Shown here in pieces: positions 62,701 through 64,000 of a stretch of 64,000 nucleotides of DNA. The stretch lies in the NCBI RefSeq assembly GCF_009914755.1, contig NC_060928.1. The stretch is one strand, 5' to 3'. A program made the position numbers and the translations under genes. Origin of the DNA: the human T2T-CHM13v2.0 reference genome, Homo sapiens. Positions within the stretch are counted from its first letter, which is position 1, and each line of letters starts with the position of its first letter. The notes under the pieces were generated by a model. It did not search any database, was not told where the DNA came from, and was given only the letters and a program-made list of their open reading frames with translations.

Positions 62701-63214
62701 TGTTCTGTGAGTTTTTTTTTAAAGGCTATTTATGCAAATAAATGTTACCTTAGCCTAAACATCTACTGCTTCTCTAGCTGTTATGTAAAGCTAAACTCAT
62801 TTATATTGCATAGACTTTTTTTAAACCAAAGTATTAAACTAAACTAGGTCCTTTATCTGCTATTTTTAAAAAATCAAAAAATGTCCAGAGTAAAAAGAAG
62901 ATAATTTCACAGACTCTCTATGAGAAATATTTCCCTTTAAAGGCTGCATTATAGAGGCAAAGAGAAACTGGGAAGCAAGCAACGGTCTCCTGACTTCATT
63001 TGTGTTCACCATTTGAAAAATGCAAACGAAATAGAATCTGGTTTTTCTTTAACAGCAAAACTTTGAAGCCTGAGATATCTAGATATCAACATTTTGCTTT
63101 GCTTTACATGCAAGCCTAGACTGAAACACAGTAAGAATTTATCTTTCTCCTTTCCTCCACAAGTAATCTTCTCAAAAGAAAAATCCAAAGGATTCTCTTT
63201 GCTGCCCTTTCAAT

Positions 63215-63615
63215 CTTACAGTCTTGACAACCTGGCTTCCACCCCTACCACTCCCTTCAACTGTCCTCATTAATGTTACCAAGGGCCACCTAATTGCTAA
63301 ACCTTGTGAAGACCTTTCAGTCCTCATCCTACTTCCATATGCAGACCCTTTTCCCTGTCACTCATCCCTCAAGATGCACAAGGATGACCTCTCCCAGGAA
63401 GCCTTACCAACCCACATCCCAGCTAGTGGGTGACCTTGGGCATCTTATCCTCCATGCTCCAGGAGCACCTTTGCATGTTCTATGAGGGCATTTACTATGC
63501 AGCAAGATACCCACTTGTTTGTCTCCCTCTCTGACTGTGAGCAATGCAAGTGCAGAGAGTTTTAACCTTATTTATCTTTCTACCCACATTGCCTACCCAG
63601 TGTCTAGACTTGGCT
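63215..63615 (+). mobile_element. L2 fragments
   Basis: CTGGCTTCCACCCCTACCACTCC..AACTG.CCTC..GTTACCAAGGGCCACCTAATTGCTAAA..TCAGTCCTCATCCTACTT, and a tail-like segment near 63520-63610. Confidence 0.7.
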
Positions 63616-64000
63616 GGCAAGTGATGCCATTTTTTCAATTTCAGGAAGTAAAGCAGAAAGCCCTGGCATAGTAGTTATTCTTCATGGCATTAAAATAGAA
63701 TTTTTTGCCTAATTTCTTTCAAGGCACACTTCAGCAGTTTTCATCCATACATTCCTCATCCCAAGCAAAGAGGATTCTATTTCAAAACACGGTGTCATCA
63801 AACATCCCAAAGCTTCTTTTGTACCTGAAATGGAGTCTGAGCAGAAGTAGGTAGCAGGGGAGAAGGAGGACAGCAGAAACCTACAAAATTTCTGAAATAA
63901 ATCCATGTTTCCTGCCTCTTTCCCCTTCTCTATGAATTTTCTTCTCTTTCAAAAGCACTGACACCTCCTAGCCATCTAATCAAGACAAATCTTTCATGCG

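Overview
Primate (very probably human) nuclear DNA, roughly 40% GC, intergenic or intronic. I find no credible protein-coding gene, tRNA, rRNA, snRNA or CRISPR array. The supplied ORFs are short, often start at non-ATG codons, and many are translations of Alu, LTR, L2 or microsatellite sequence. The window is a mosaic of interspersed repeats: 8 Alu/FLAM elements, MaLR LTRs (MLT1, MST, THE1D), ERV LTRs (MER41, LTR15, MLT2A1, MER21, LTR33), old L1 fragments, many L2 and MIR pieces, and MER3/MER5/MER20 DNA-transposon fossils. Between them lie unique stretches with a strong CTCF motif (~20.5 kb), several CpG-enriched, motif-dense candidate enhancers or promoters (~3.3, 12.4, 22.4, 28.3, 36.3, 60.1 kb) and plausible + strand splice sites that could belong to a lncRNA. 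I could not identify the locus, and I see no evidence of a new biological system. The most interesting signals are insertion histories (a tailless Alu with a target-site duplication, an inverted old L1 with an L2 and a FLAM nested inside, LTR-in-LTR insertions), LTR-borne STAT and DUX4 motifs, a perfect 33-bp tandem duplication and a perfect 14-bp hairpin. Repeat subfamily names come from recalled consensus sequences, not from a search. Boundaries of old repeats are approximate.
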